A stretch of DNA of 64,000 nucleotides from a bacterium (GTDB taxonomy: Bacteria > JACRDZ01 > JAQUKH01). The stretch is taken from positions 1 to 64,000 of the forward strand of contig JAQUKH010000002.1 of NCBI GenBank assembly GCA_028719205.1, in the 5' to 3' direction. The notes beneath the pieces are model-generated. The model saw nothing but the letters and a program-made list of their open reading frames with translations, was not told where the DNA came from and did not search any database. Each line of letters starts with the position of its first letter. Positions within the stretch are counted from its first letter, which is position 1. Below, piece by piece: positions 44,142 through 54,172 of the stretch. Position numbers and translations under genes: made by a program.

Positions 44142-45526
44142 TTTTGATCTTTAGATTTATTATTTTCTTCCTGAGATCTAACCGGAATTTGTTCAATTGA
44201 AGTGATTTCAGGAAGGTCCTTGTTTTCGCACGCGCCTAATTCCTTGAATTTTCTGACGCTTACCAAAACGCGTGTTTCCAGCGAATTTACCATATTGTTA
44301 AAGGATGTAACAGCCTGTTTAAGATTGGTTCCTGTTTTATTTATATGTTCAATAAATGGCTCGAAACGTTTATATAATTCTTTCCCCAGATCCGCTATCT
44401 TTTGCGCGTTTTCAGTAATTTGTTCCTGCCGCCATCCGTAGGCTACGGCGCGAAGCAGGGCGACCAGAGTGGTAGGTGTCGCGATAATAACCTTGGACGC
44501 TATCCCGTCTTCAATGATCGCGGGGTCATTTTCCAGTGCCGCGCTTAAAAATGATTCAGCGGGCATGAACATAACGACAAATTCCGGCGCTTTTGGGAAC
44601 TGGTTCCAATAGTTTTTCTCGGACAGGGATTTTATATGTTTTCTTACCTGCTGGGTATGTTTTAAAAGAAATAATTTCTTTTTTTCTTCAGTATCCTGGG
44701 CAATAGCATCAAGATAAGAATCCAAAGGCACTTTGCTGTCAACAACGATTTCCCTGTCGTTAGGAAGATGAATGATCATATCAGGCCGCGACCGGCCTTC
44801 TTCGGTATTTACGGAAACCTGCTCAGAGTAATCGCAATGTTCGGACATCCCCGCGAGTTCAACTACTCTTTTTAACGTGATCTCTCCCCATCTGCCGCGT
44901 ACCTCCGGCCTTCTAAGAGCGGAAACCAGGTTGCCAGTTTCTTTTTGCAGCTGCTGTTCGGATGATATGAGCGATTTGATCTGACTATCCAGGTTCGCGT
45001 AGTCCGAGGCCCGGTTCTTTTCCAGTTCATTTATCTGTTTTTCATATTTTTGCAAAGAATCGGCAAGAGGTTGGACAAGATTTTTAATCGCGGTTTCCTT
45101 AGTATCAAAATCACCTTTTGCCTTGCTTAAAATAACAGTCAAATTTTCCCTGGCGAGTTCCAAAAACGCCTTATTATTGCTTTTTAACGCCTCACCTGAT
45201 AAAGCCTGAAAAGCGGTTGTTAGTTTTTCCTGTGCCTGTTCCAGGAGTTTTTTCTGCTCCTCAATATTTTTATTTGCCTCCTCAAGCCGCGTTTCCGCGG
45301 TTGTTTTAGCTTTCTGGGACGATTCGAGGCTAGAACGAAGATCGCCGATAAGATTTTCTTTTTGTCCAATCTGCTTTTGCAATTCATTAGCGGAGTTTTC
45401 AAAGACAGCGATTTGGCTTTTCAGTTCATTTAAAAGAGTTTCATCTTTTTTGTGTTTAGAGGAGGCTAAAAACCATCCGGCAATTATTCCAAAAAATACT
45501 AAAAGGATATAAATCAATATTTGCAT
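44138..45526 (-). CDS. rmuC: DNA recombination protein RmuC
   Basis: TM anchor, coiled coil, RGRWGE, RPD, DSKVP, TPTTL. Confidence 0.95.
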   Translation of the reverse strand: MQILIYILLVFFGIIAGWFLASSKHKKDETLLNELKSQIAVFENSANELQKQIGQKENLIGDLRSSLESSQKAKTTAETRLEEANKNIEEQKKLLEQAQEKLTTAFQALSGEALKSNNKAFLELARENLTVILSKAKGDFDTKETAIKNLVQPLADSLQKYEKQINELEKNRASDYANLDSQIKSLISSEQQLQKETGNLVSALRRPEVRGRWGEITLKRVVELAGMSEHCDYSEQVSVNTEEGRSRPDMIIHLPNDREIVVDSKVPLDSYLDAIAQDTEEKKKLFLLKHTQQVRKHIKSLSEKNYWNQFPKAPEFVVMFMPAESFLSAALENDPAIIEDGIASKVIIATPTTLVALLRAVAYGWRQEQITENAQKIADLGKELYKRFEPFIEHINKTGTNLKQAVTSFNNMVNSLETRVLVSVRKFKELGACENKDLPEITSIEQIPVRSQEENNKSKDQK

Positions 45527-45617
45527 GATTTATAATATATCAGAAAATGTAATTGTTTTATACTAAAATTACTTCTTAGTTTGCCAAAATTTAAATTTTT
45601 AGTTTATAATACAAGAT

Positions 45618-46763
45618 ATGAAAACAGCCTATTTTGATTGTTTCAGCGGTATAAGCGGGGATATGATCCTGGGAAGCCTTATTGACGCGGGGTTGGACTT
45701 TAACAGATTTAAAAAAGAGCTTGGATTTCTTAACCTGAAAGAATATTCCCTGCAGGCAAAAAAGGTGAAACGCGGTTCTTTAATGGGAACTAAGTTTGAT
45801 GTTATTATAAATAAGAACGCGAAAGGCCGTGCTTATAATGAAATTATTAAATTGATCAAAAACAGCGGTTTAAATAAAAAGGTGAAAGAAAAAAGCCTTA
45901 AAATATTTCAACGGCTGGCGGTTTCTGAAGCAAAACTTCACGGTGTTCCTGTCTCAAAAGTTCATTTTCATGAATTAAGTTCAATAGACACAATTGTTGA
46001 TATTGTGGGAAGCGTGATCGCATTCGATATTCTGGGCATAGAAAAAATCTATTCATCAAGCCTGCCGTTGGGGCAGGGTGTGGTTAAAACCATGCACGGG
46101 ATGCTGCCCGTTCCCGCGCCCGCTACAGCGGATTTGTTGAGGGATGTTCCTGTCCGTTTAGGGGATGGGACATTTGAATTGGTTACGCCGACAGGCGCGG
46201 TAATAATATCTGAAATGTCTGACGGATTCGGGAAATGTCCTGAAATGAAGATAAAAAATATAGGTTATGGCGCGGGCGGCAGGGATTTGCCAAATACGCC
46301 GAATCTTCTGCGCGTTATCATTGGCGAATCATCTGAAAACGAGGAAGAAGATATTATTACGGTGATCGAAACAAACATCGACGACATGAATCCGCAGATC
46401 CTGGGATATTTAATGGAAAAGCTTATGCAAAAAGGCGCTTTGGATGTTTTCTTCACGCCGGTTTACGGTAAAAAGAACAGGCCGGGAATTTTGCTTACGG
46501 TTTTATCAGAAATCCCGAAGGCTGATAATTTTATTAAGATTATTTTAGAAGAAACAACAGTTTTTGGCGTGAGGATGTATGAAACAAGACGAAAAAAATT
46601 GAAAAGAGAAATAAAAGAAGTGAAAACTAAATACGGAAAAGTAAAAGTGAAATATGGTTATCTTAACGGCAAAATTATTAAATCCCAGCCGGAATATGAA
46701 GATTGCAAGAAGATCGCGGAAGAGAAGAATATCCAACTGAATAAAATTTTAAGAGAGATTTAG
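45618..46763 (+). CDS. larC: Nickel-pincer cofactor nickel insertase LarC
   Basis: DCFSGISGDM, VHFHE, HG..PVPAPAT, TPTGA, ETNIDD, KKNRPG, PEYED. Confidence 0.95.
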   Translation: MKTAYFDCFSGISGDMILGSLIDAGLDFNRFKKELGFLNLKEYSLQAKKVKRGSLMGTKFDVIINKNAKGRAYNEIIKLIKNSGLNKKVKEKSLKIFQRLAVSEAKLHGVPVSKVHFHELSSIDTIVDIVGSVIAFDILGIEKIYSSSLPLGQGVVKTMHGMLPVPAPATADLLRDVPVRLGDGTFELVTPTGAVIISEMSDGFGKCPEMKIKNIGYGAGGRDLPNTPNLLRVIIGESSENEEEDIITVIETNIDDMNPQILGYLMEKLMQKGALDVFFTPVYGKKNRPGILLTVLSEIPKADNFIKIILEETTVFGVRMYETRRKKLKREIKEVKTKYGKVKVKYGYLNGKIIKSQPEYEDCKKIAEEKNIQLNKILREI

Positions 46764-46783
46764 TAGTTTTTCGCATATGTAAT

Positions 46784-46835
46784 TTTACATAAAGGTATAA
46801 ATATCTCTTGACAAATTTACACAAAGGTGTAAAAT
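46784..46835 (+). promoter_or_regulatory. Promoter with two copies of a palindromic operator
   Basis: TTTACAT-AAAG-GTATAAA (46784-46801) and TTTACAC-AAAG-GTGTAAA (46816-46833) flank TTGACA (46808-46813); TAAAAT at 46830-46835. Confidence 0.7.
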
Positions 46836-46842
46836 AACCTTT

Positions 46843-48084
46843 ATGAAAAGGACACAATCTCTTTATATTTTTGATCCCGATGTTAATGCCGGGAAAATGA
46901 TATTTTTATTCGGGCCGCGCCAGGTCGGGAAAACTACGTTTGTAAAAAACAAACTAAAAGAGTTAAAGCAGGAATATCTTTATTTTGATTGGGATGATCC
47001 ATATGTAAAAATGGAATACTCGAAAAATCCGCATTTTTTAAAACCTCATTTAGCGAAAATATCTCAAAAACGGCCTCTCGTGGTCTTCGATGAAATCCAT
47101 AAGCACAAAAACTGGAAAAATATTTTAAAAGGATTGTATGATATTCATATCGATGAGGCACAGTTTGTTATAACGGGGAGCGCCCGGCTTGATTATTTCA
47201 GGCAGTCCGGAGACAGCCTTGTAGGCAGGTATTTTTCATATCGGCTTCTTCCTCTGGGATTAGCGGAAGCGGCAGGTAACTTTGATTCTATCTTAAATGA
47301 TGATACCTTTTTATTCTACCCTGATAAAAAAAAGTTATTAGCTATTATACAAAAAACAGAAGAAAAGCCATTTAAGGATTCTTTTAAAAAATTAATGGAA
47401 TTTGGAGGCTTCCCGGAACCTTTTACCAGGGCAAAAAACAATTTTTCTATTAAATGGCGAAAAGATTATAAATCTCTTTTGGTATATGAAGATTTAAGAG
47501 ATTTGACGCGTATTCAGGATATTAAAGGGATTGAACAGCTTTTACTGCTTCTTCCGGAGAGGGTCGGATCTCCATTGAGTATTAATTCTCTTAAAAATAT
47601 CCTGCAGGTTAATCATAGAACTGTCTCTGTGTGGCTTGAAGCATTAAAAAAAGTATATTTGATTTTTTCGTTAATGCCGTGGGCTAAGAACATTGCCAAA
47701 GCCATTAAAAAGGAAGAAAAAATATATTTTTTTGATTGGACAATGATAGACGATGAGGGTGCGCGATTTGAAAATGCGATAGCCGTAAGTTTATTCCGGT
47801 TAATTTCCCGGTGGAATGAATTAGGGTTAGGCGATTTTGAATTAAGATATATAAGAAATCAACAGGGGCATGAGGTTGATTTTCTGGTTATTAAGAACCA
47901 GAAGCCATTTGCTCTTTTTGAAGCAAAAAACAGCGATATTAATATCGCGAAATCCGGAATTTATTTCAGTGAACATTTGAAAATTCCTTATTATCAATTG
48001 GTGAATAAAAAAGATATTGTCGAGGCATATCCAAAAGATAGATATATTATTTCAGCATGGAGATTTTTAGGACTATTGGGATAG
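46843..48084 (+). CDS. AAA+ ATPase with DUF4143 / PD-(D/E)XK C-terminus
   Basis: GPRQVGKT, FDEIHK, TGSA, DSL.GR, GGFPEP, FEN, EVDF..EAK. Confidence 0.92.
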   Translation: MKRTQSLYIFDPDVNAGKMIFLFGPRQVGKTTFVKNKLKELKQEYLYFDWDDPYVKMEYSKNPHFLKPHLAKISQKRPLVVFDEIHKHKNWKNILKGLYDIHIDEAQFVITGSARLDYFRQSGDSLVGRYFSYRLLPLGLAEAAGNFDSILNDDTFLFYPDKKKLLAIIQKTEEKPFKDSFKKLMEFGGFPEPFTRAKNNFSIKWRKDYKSLLVYEDLRDLTRIQDIKGIEQLLLLLPERVGSPLSINSLKNILQVNHRTVSVWLEALKKVYLIFSLMPWAKNIAKAIKKEEKIYFFDWTMIDDEGARFENAIAVSLFRLISRWNELGLGDFELRYIRNQQGHEVDFLVIKNQKPFALFEAKNSDINIAKSGIYFSEHLKIPYYQLVNKKDIVEAYPKDRYIISAWRFLGLLG

Positions 48085-48114
48085 AATTTAGAAAATCGAT
48101 ACTTGTGAAAAAAT

Positions 48115-49341
48115 ATGAATTTTAATTTAGAAACTGTTTTTATCATTCAAAGTCTAATAATTATTGTTTTACCTTTTATCTTATGGAATACAAAGATAAT
48201 AAGATCTTTTGTTCCGCTTGTTGTCATTCAGATTTTTGTAGGTATTTTGCTTGGCCCGTCAATTTTGGGAAGGATATCGCAAAGTAGTTATAATTTGTTG
48301 TTTCCCGAAAATTCATTAATGATCCTTAACGGGCTTTATTGGCTGGCTTTGATTTTACTGGGTTTCCAAACGGGTTTACATATTGATCCGGACGAAATAA
48401 CTAAAAAAGGCACTAAATATGTAATAGTAAGCGCTTCCTCTCTGATCGTTCCAATGTTTGCAGGCGCGTTGATCGCGGCAAAATTGTATTCTCCTCAATT
48501 TATAGGGCCAAACGCCACCCGGTTTTCGTTTATTGCCGGAATGGCTATCGCGGCGGGTGTGACAGCCCTGCCTGTGCTTTCCGTAATTTTATATGAATTG
48601 GAATTAATAAGTAAAAATATAGGGATAAAGAGCCTCGCGTACGCGGCCGCAAACGACTTGTTTTTGTGGTTATCCATATTAATTTTAAATGTTATATCAT
48701 CAGGTAATTCCTGTAATATAATTTTTGAAAGATTGATAATTGTCATAGCTTTTCTTATTTTAAGCTTTTTTGCGGTAAAAAAGTTTTTAACCGTTTTGCT
48801 GGATAAAGGTTTTTTGTCAAAAGAGGTTAAAAATAAAGATCTGGTGATAATACTGTTTTTTGTTTTAATTTATGCTTTTATCGGAGAAATAATAGGGATC
48901 AGTTATTTAGTGGGTGCGTTTATTTTTGGCGTGATTTTCCCGAAGAGCGTATCTAAAAATATTAAAGATAAATTAGAGCAATTCTTATTTGTGATCTTAT
49001 TGCCGTTTTTATTTATTTTAACCGGTCTAAAAACATCCTGTGACATTACAAATTACAGGTTTTGGGTACTTTTTATTATTATGACAATAGTAATATCAGG
49101 GGCAAATATTATCGGCGCCGCCTTACCCGAAAAATATTTTGGCACATCTCTTAAAGAATCACTGCAAATAGGAGTTCTTATGCAGACAAAAGGGCTTATG
49201 GAAGTTGTATTTTTAAATATGCTGCTGAATCAGGGGATCATAAATTCTACAACTTTTTCAGCCATGCTTTTTGTAGCGATGGCAACAACAGCACTCACAA
49301 AGCCTATGCTGATGCTGTTAGATAAAACAAAGTTAAAATAA
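48115..49341 (+). CDS. Cation:proton antiporter (CPA2 family)
   Basis: GILLGPSILG, TALPVL, ND, LMQTKGLME. Confidence 0.9.
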   Translation: MNFNLETVFIIQSLIIIVLPFILWNTKIIRSFVPLVVIQIFVGILLGPSILGRISQSSYNLLFPENSLMILNGLYWLALILLGFQTGLHIDPDEITKKGTKYVIVSASSLIVPMFAGALIAAKLYSPQFIGPNATRFSFIAGMAIAAGVTALPVLSVILYELELISKNIGIKSLAYAAANDLFLWLSILILNVISSGNSCNIIFERLIIVIAFLILSFFAVKKFLTVLLDKGFLSKEVKNKDLVIILFFVLIYAFIGEIIGISYLVGAFIFGVIFPKSVSKNIKDKLEQFLFVILLPFLFILTGLKTSCDITNYRFWVLFIIMTIVISGANIIGAALPEKYFGTSLKESLQIGVLMQTKGLMEVVFLNMLLNQGIINSTTFSAMLFVAMATTALTKPMLMLLDKTKLK

Positions 49342-49355
49342 TAAGGTAACCGTGA

Positions 49356-49781
49356 ATGCAAAAATATGAATTTTTTGACCATGAATCGGATGTCGGAGTA
49401 AAAGTTGAGGCTGATAACATCAGTAATTTATTTGCCGGCAGTGCGGAAGCTTTGTTTAATTTGATCGGCAGGAAGATCGAGAGAGGGAAAAAATTCCATT
49501 TTGATATAGATCTTTCCGCCGAGTCAATGGAAGAGCTTTTAGTCAGTTGGCTTAATGAATTGATCTTTCGTTTTGAGGCTGAAGATTTATTTTGTAAGGA
49601 GTTTATTACAAAAATTTCAGAGCGGGATCAAAAATATTTTATCAACGCGCAGATTAGAGGAGAAAAAATAATCTGGGGGAGCGATGAGATACATCATGAA
49701 GTAAAATCCGCGACATACCATCAATTAAAAGTTGTTGAAAAAGAGGGGAAATATTCTGTGAAAATTGTTTTTGATTTGTAA
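49356..49781 (+). CDS. Archease
   Basis: YEFFDH..DV, L..WLNEL, EVK.ATYH, FDL end. Confidence 0.93.
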   Translation: MQKYEFFDHESDVGVKVEADNISNLFAGSAEALFNLIGRKIERGKKFHFDIDLSAESMEELLVSWLNELIFRFEAEDLFCKEFITKISERDQKYFINAQIRGEKIIWGSDEIHHEVKSATYHQLKVVEKEGKYSVKIVFDL

Positions 49782-49867
49782 GCGCGTTGATCGTTATAAG
49801 TTTTATTTCACTTGGCTATCCCGGGCCGAATGAGCAAATGATCAAATCCAAAAGAAGCATGGCGAAG

Positions 49868-50482
49868 TTATTCATTGGGAGAAATTTTAGACACCTGATA
49901 CCGTATTATCGTCTGATACTTTTTCGGATTTCCTTTAAAGAACATTCCCGGCCCTTTTAAATATTCTTCTTCATGCGGCCCCATGATTTTATAACCTTCG
50001 TCGTTGATAAATTTATGCAGTTTTTCAATAGCCGGAGTTTCTTCGCTGTATGGCCCGATGTAAAGTATTTCCGCGATAATGCCGTATTCCCAATATTCGA
50101 TCCTTGCGGACAGGGAAGATCTTTCTTTTTCGGCTGGAAGGGTTTCCACAGTTTCAGGTATCTGCAATCCGTAAATTCCGACCCATTCGTTTTTAGGGGT
50201 CTCAGGCGGTTTAGGCCAGCGTGCCCGCGGCGCGGATATTTTTAATCCCTTTGAAATTTTTTTAAGTTTATAAAATGCTTTGAAAAGAGTTTTGAATGCC
50301 TGTCCGCTGACTACATTCGGGTCTCCGGTAACTTCAACCACAAGCATTTTTTCTCTGGGAAAAGCCGTTATTTTGGGATCTTTTAAGTATTCATATTCCT
50401 TAAAGTTATTTGACGGGAAAAGAAAAAATAGTACAACAATGAACGCGATAATAATTGCTATTGAAATTCTTATCATGACCAT
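49868..50482 (-). CDS. GyrI-like small-molecule-binding protein with N-terminal anchor
   Basis: GDPN, PRARW, GPYSEE, HEEEYL.GP, TIIRY. Confidence 0.85.
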   Translation of the reverse strand: MVMIRISIAIIIAFIVVLFFLFPSNNFKEYEYLKDPKITAFPREKMLVVEVTGDPNVVSGQAFKTLFKAFYKLKKISKGLKISAPRARWPKPPETPKNEWVGIYGLQIPETVETLPAEKERSSLSARIEYWEYGIIAEILYIGPYSEETPAIEKLHKFINDEGYKIMGPHEEEYLKGPGMFFKGNPKKYQTIIRYQVSKISPNE

Positions 50483-50488
50483 TTCTCC

Positions 50489-51142
50489 TTATTCAAACTG
50501 TTTTTTAAATCCCGCGAATTGATCTTTCAGTATTTCAACCTCTTTTTGCAGTGACGCGATATTTTGTTCAAGGATATCTATTCTTTTATTTTCAGATTGG
50601 ACTTCTATAGCTGCTGCTTCAGGAGGCGGGGTCAGATTGACGGACACTTCGCCGCAGAAAAGATGGGCGTACCTGCGCTCTTTACGTCCTGCCTCGCGCG
50701 GAAGGTGCGTGACATATGGGCCAAATGCCGGATCCATAAGTGTTTGCAGGACTGCTTCAACCTCGCCCAGGTCTTTAAATTTATGCATCCGTTCCGTATG
50801 TGTCCGCAATTCCCCCAGTGTCTGCGGCCCGCGCAGAAAAAGCTCGCAGATTACCGGCAATTGCAGCGAAGAAAATTTAAGGGTTTCCATATTATGCTTA
50901 TACTTTGGCACACGGCCTTCCATGGTTGTAGTATGCCATACCAAAAGTTTAGCCCGAAGGTTGTCCAACGCGCGGACTATGGTTGTTTCATCAAGCTTCA
51001 TTACCGGATCCCGGTTTGATTTCTGGTTGCAGGCATTAGTAAGGGCATTTAAGGAAAGCGGATAATATTCCGGCGTAGTAATTTCTTTTTCAATTAAAGA
51101 TCCCAATACGCGCGCTTCAACAGCAGTAAGTATGATGTCCAT
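50489..51142 (-). CDS. YceH/DUF480-family protein
   Basis: EARVLG.LIEK..TTP.YYPLSLNAL..ACNQKSNR.PV, LRGPQT.GEL. Confidence 0.93.
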   Translation of the reverse strand: MDIILTAVEARVLGSLIEKEITTPEYYPLSLNALTNACNQKSNRDPVMKLDETTIVRALDNLRAKLLVWHTTTMEGRVPKYKHNMETLKFSSLQLPVICELFLRGPQTLGELRTHTERMHKFKDLGEVEAVLQTLMDPAFGPYVTHLPREAGRKERRYAHLFCGEVSVNLTPPPEAAAIEVQSENKRIDILEQNIASLQKEVEILKDQFAGFKKQFE

Positions 51143-51287
51143 GCGGATCTCCTTTTTTAAACTTACACAATATATTCTATATGTTTTTATTTTTTTTGTC
51201 CATTAATGATTTGGAAAGCCAATTCTTATTGACAAGGTAGGGATGTAAGTGTTAATGTAAACAACATAAATTAAGAAGGAGAATATT

Positions 51288-52034
51288 ATGAGTTACGAAT
51301 TGCTTAATCTTGAAAGGTTAAATATAAAAGTTAAAAAAACAGTTGAAGAATTTTGCCGGAAATTACTGGAGGAAAGACTGTCGCTGATAGAATCTATTAT
51401 TTTATACGGAAGCGCTACAGGGCTGGATTTTATCGAAGGGAAATCAAATATTAATATTTTATTAATAGTAAAAGATCCGGATCTTTCGCTGTTCCAGCCG
51501 GTTTTAAAATTATTTGAAAATTACGCTAAAAAAGGATTAGTCCCTCCGCTAATTTTTACTTCTGAAGAGATAAAAAATTCAGCGGATGTTTTTCCGATCG
51601 AATTTCTGGATATTAAAGAAAATCATATTTTATTATTTGGAAAAGATCTGTTTGTAGATCTGGATATTCCCGTCGGCAATTTAAGGCTGCAATGCGAGTC
51701 TGAATTAAAAGGAAAGATCATCCGGCTAAGGCAGATATATCTGGAGCGCGGGCGGCAGTCAAAAGAGATCGAGAAAATGATCAGCTCGACTTTTTCATCT
51801 TTTATCCCGATATTCAAAAATTTGATCAGATTAAAAAATAAAATTCCTCCACAGGACAAGCAGGGTATTGTTAATATGTTGTGCCGGGAGTTTGGGCTGG
51901 AAAATGAGGTTTTAATTACTATCCTGCGTGACAGAAAGGGAGACGGAAAGATAGACGGCAAAGACGCGTCGGACTTTTTGGGAAAATATTTATCCTTGTT
52001 AACTAAGCTTGCCAATATGGTAGATAAAATATGA
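51288..52034 (+). CDS. Nucleotidyltransferase-fold protein with degenerate catalytic motif
   Basis: LYGSA.G.DF....SNINIL, SADVFPIEFLD, LRLQCE.E. Confidence 0.75.
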   Translation: MSYELLNLERLNIKVKKTVEEFCRKLLEERLSLIESIILYGSATGLDFIEGKSNINILLIVKDPDLSLFQPVLKLFENYAKKGLVPPLIFTSEEIKNSADVFPIEFLDIKENHILLFGKDLFVDLDIPVGNLRLQCESELKGKIIRLRQIYLERGRQSKEIEKMISSTFSSFIPIFKNLIRLKNKIPPQDKQGIVNMLCREFGLENEVLITILRDRKGDGKIDGKDASDFLGKYLSLLTKLANMVDKI

Positions 52035-52786
52035 GAAAAAATGTAATTTTATTTTTTTCTGTGATTATTTTTATTTTATGTTTTTCAAAGGCAGGGGTAA
52101 CAGCCGCTGGAGCAGAGTATCCTTCACAGGTTGGATATATCAATGATTATGCGAATGTAATTTCCGCGGACGACAACAGGCTTATGTCTGGTCTGATACA
52201 GGAGTTAAAGGATAAAACAAAGGCGGAGATCGCCGTGGTAACCTTGCCCACGATCGGCGAGGAGACTGTTGAAACATACGCGGTAAAGCTTTTTGAAAAA
52301 TGGAAGCCAGGAGAAAAAGGGAAAGATACCGGAATATTGATCTTGCTCGCGATCAAGGAAAGAAAGATAAAGATCGAGGTTGGTTATGGGCTTGAGGGCG
52401 TTATCCCTGACGGATTAGCGGGCCAGATCATAGATCAGGCGATGATCCCGTCTTTGAAAGCAGGCGATTTTAGTACAGGATTAAAAAATGGCACAATGGA
52501 AGTTGTCAGGCTGATCGCGCAGGAGTATAAGGTAAAAATTGAAGGTGCCGTCAGTAATAGGACTGAAGAAACAAAAATCAGTCCATTAGAAGTTTTATTC
52601 CTGCTGGTTTTTGGTATTTTTTTTGTTATCGGGAGCAGGAGAAGAAGAGGTTCCCATGGCGGATATGGAGGGTATTGGGGCGGTGGATTTGGCGGCGGTG
52701 GAGGTTTCGGCGGAGGAAGCGGGGGTGGATTTGGCGGTTTTGGAGGCGGTTTCAGCGGAGGGGGCGGGGCGAGCAGGGGATTTTAA
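52031..52786 (+). CDS. TPM-domain (YgcG-like) protein with Gly-rich tail
   Basis: IND.A, IEVGYGLEG..PD, GGFSGGGGAS. Confidence 0.93.
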   Translation: MRKNVILFFSVIIFILCFSKAGVTAAGAEYPSQVGYINDYANVISADDNRLMSGLIQELKDKTKAEIAVVTLPTIGEETVETYAVKLFEKWKPGEKGKDTGILILLAIKERKIKIEVGYGLEGVIPDGLAGQIIDQAMIPSLKAGDFSTGLKNGTMEVVRLIAQEYKVKIEGAVSNRTEETKISPLEVLFLLVFGIFFVIGSRRRRGSHGGYGGYWGGGFGGGGGFGGGSGGGFGGFGGGFSGGGGASRGF

Positions 52787-52833
52787 TAAAAATTCAAAAT
52801 TAAAAATTAAAATTATTTAATAAAGGAGGAGTT

Positions 52834-53412
52834 ATGTCGAAAACAACAGGAATTATTCTGGGGGTAATAGCCGCAATAGTTTTATTTACCGGGCTATCTT
52901 TTATTGGCGGGTTAAATACGGTGGTGACAAAGGATGAGGCAGTTAAATCCGCATGGGCGCAGGTGGAAAATCAATTAAAAAGAAGGAGTGACCTTATCCC
53001 GAATCTTGTAAACACAGTAAAAGGATTCGCGGCGCATGAAGAAAAAGCAATTACTGAAGTTGCTGAAGCAAGAAGCAAACTTGCCGGCGCGTTTGACACC
53101 AAAGCTCCTATTAATGAAAAAATCGAAGCGGCTAAAGGCATGGAAGGCGCGTTATCAAGGCTTTTGATGGTAGTTGAAAATTATCCTAATCTTAAAGCTG
53201 ACCAGAATTTTATCCGCCTTCAGGATGAATTGGCAGGGACGGAAAATCGTATCGCAGTGGAGCGTATGCGTTTTAACCAGAGCGTAAATGATCTTAATAC
53301 CTATATCAGAAAAATTCCGGGAAGCATGTTCGCGGGTTTTAAAGGATTAAAAGAAGCGCCTTATTATGAACCTGAAAAGAAGGACCTGGTTGTACCGGAA
53401 GTAAAATTCTGA
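52834..53412 (+). CDS. lemA: LemA-family protein
   Basis: RR.DLIPNLV.TVKG, ENYP.LKA..NF..LQ.EL.GTENRI. Confidence 0.95.
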   Translation: MSKTTGIILGVIAAIVLFTGLSFIGGLNTVVTKDEAVKSAWAQVENQLKRRSDLIPNLVNTVKGFAAHEEKAITEVAEARSKLAGAFDTKAPINEKIEAAKGMEGALSRLLMVVENYPNLKADQNFIRLQDELAGTENRIAVERMRFNQSVNDLNTYIRKIPGSMFAGFKGLKEAPYYEPEKKDLVVPEVKF

Positions 53413-53431
53413 TAAAAATATTTTTTAGGAT

Positions 53432-54082
53432 TTATTTTTCCAGATAAATATCTTCTTTCGCGTCGATGGGAAACGCGTTGAGATGGGACGAGTCATTGAT
53501 TCCTGTAATATATAATTTTTTGTCATAACCCTGTATGTAAGTTATTCCTGTATTTGTCAGAGACATTCTTGTGATGAGTTTGTTGAAATTGCCTTTAAGT
53601 ATATAGGCAATGACCGCCGTTATTGTGCCGGCGTGAGCGACAATGATAACATTGTCGCCTTCTTTGTGGTTTTTTAATATTTTTTTGAACACATTGTTTA
53701 TTCTTTTTCTGAATTCCGGTATGTTTTCAGCTCCCGGGATCAGTGTCTTTGTGGGGTTTTTGCGCCATTTTTTATAATCACCGTTGTATTCCAGATTTAC
53801 TTCGTCAGGAGTTTTTCCCTCCCATTCACCAAGATATATCTCCGCGAGGTCTTTGTGAAAAGAGATTGGGAGCCCGAGATGGCTCGATATTAATTCAGCG
53901 GTTTGTTTCGCCCTTAAGAGTTCAGAACAATAAATAAAATTATATTTGTCTTTTGAAAGGCTTTTGGCCAAGAGTTCAACCTGCCGTATTCCGGTCGGCG
54001 AAAGTGCCGGATCGCTCTGCCCCTGAATTTTATTTTCACCATTTAATATTGATTCACCGTGACGGATCAGATATATTTTCAT
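53432..54082 (-). CDS. Histidine phosphatase family protein
   Basis: RHGE, L.RA.QTA, E...G.WEG, AHAG. Confidence 0.92.
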   Translation of the reverse strand: MKIYLIRHGESILNGENKIQGQSDPALSPTGIRQVELLAKSLSKDKYNFIYCSELLRAKQTAELISSHLGLPISFHKDLAEIYLGEWEGKTPDEVNLEYNGDYKKWRKNPTKTLIPGAENIPEFRKRINNVFKKILKNHKEGDNVIIVAHAGTITAVIAYILKGNFNKLITRMSLTNTGITYIQGYDKKLYITGINDSSHLNAFPIDAKEDIYLEK

Positions 54083-54172
54083 ATTATTGAATTGATTTTA
54101 ATAAAAGAAAATATTATAATATATTTTAAAAGAAAAATCCATTGTTTTAAATCAAAAAATCCGGGGTTGATA

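Noticed and set aside
45618-46763. Split or frameshifted larC
   Set aside because: Single continuous ORF covering both domains.
52657-52783. GGCGGTGGA-type repeats
   Set aside because: They encode the usual Gly/Phe-rich tail of TPM proteins.
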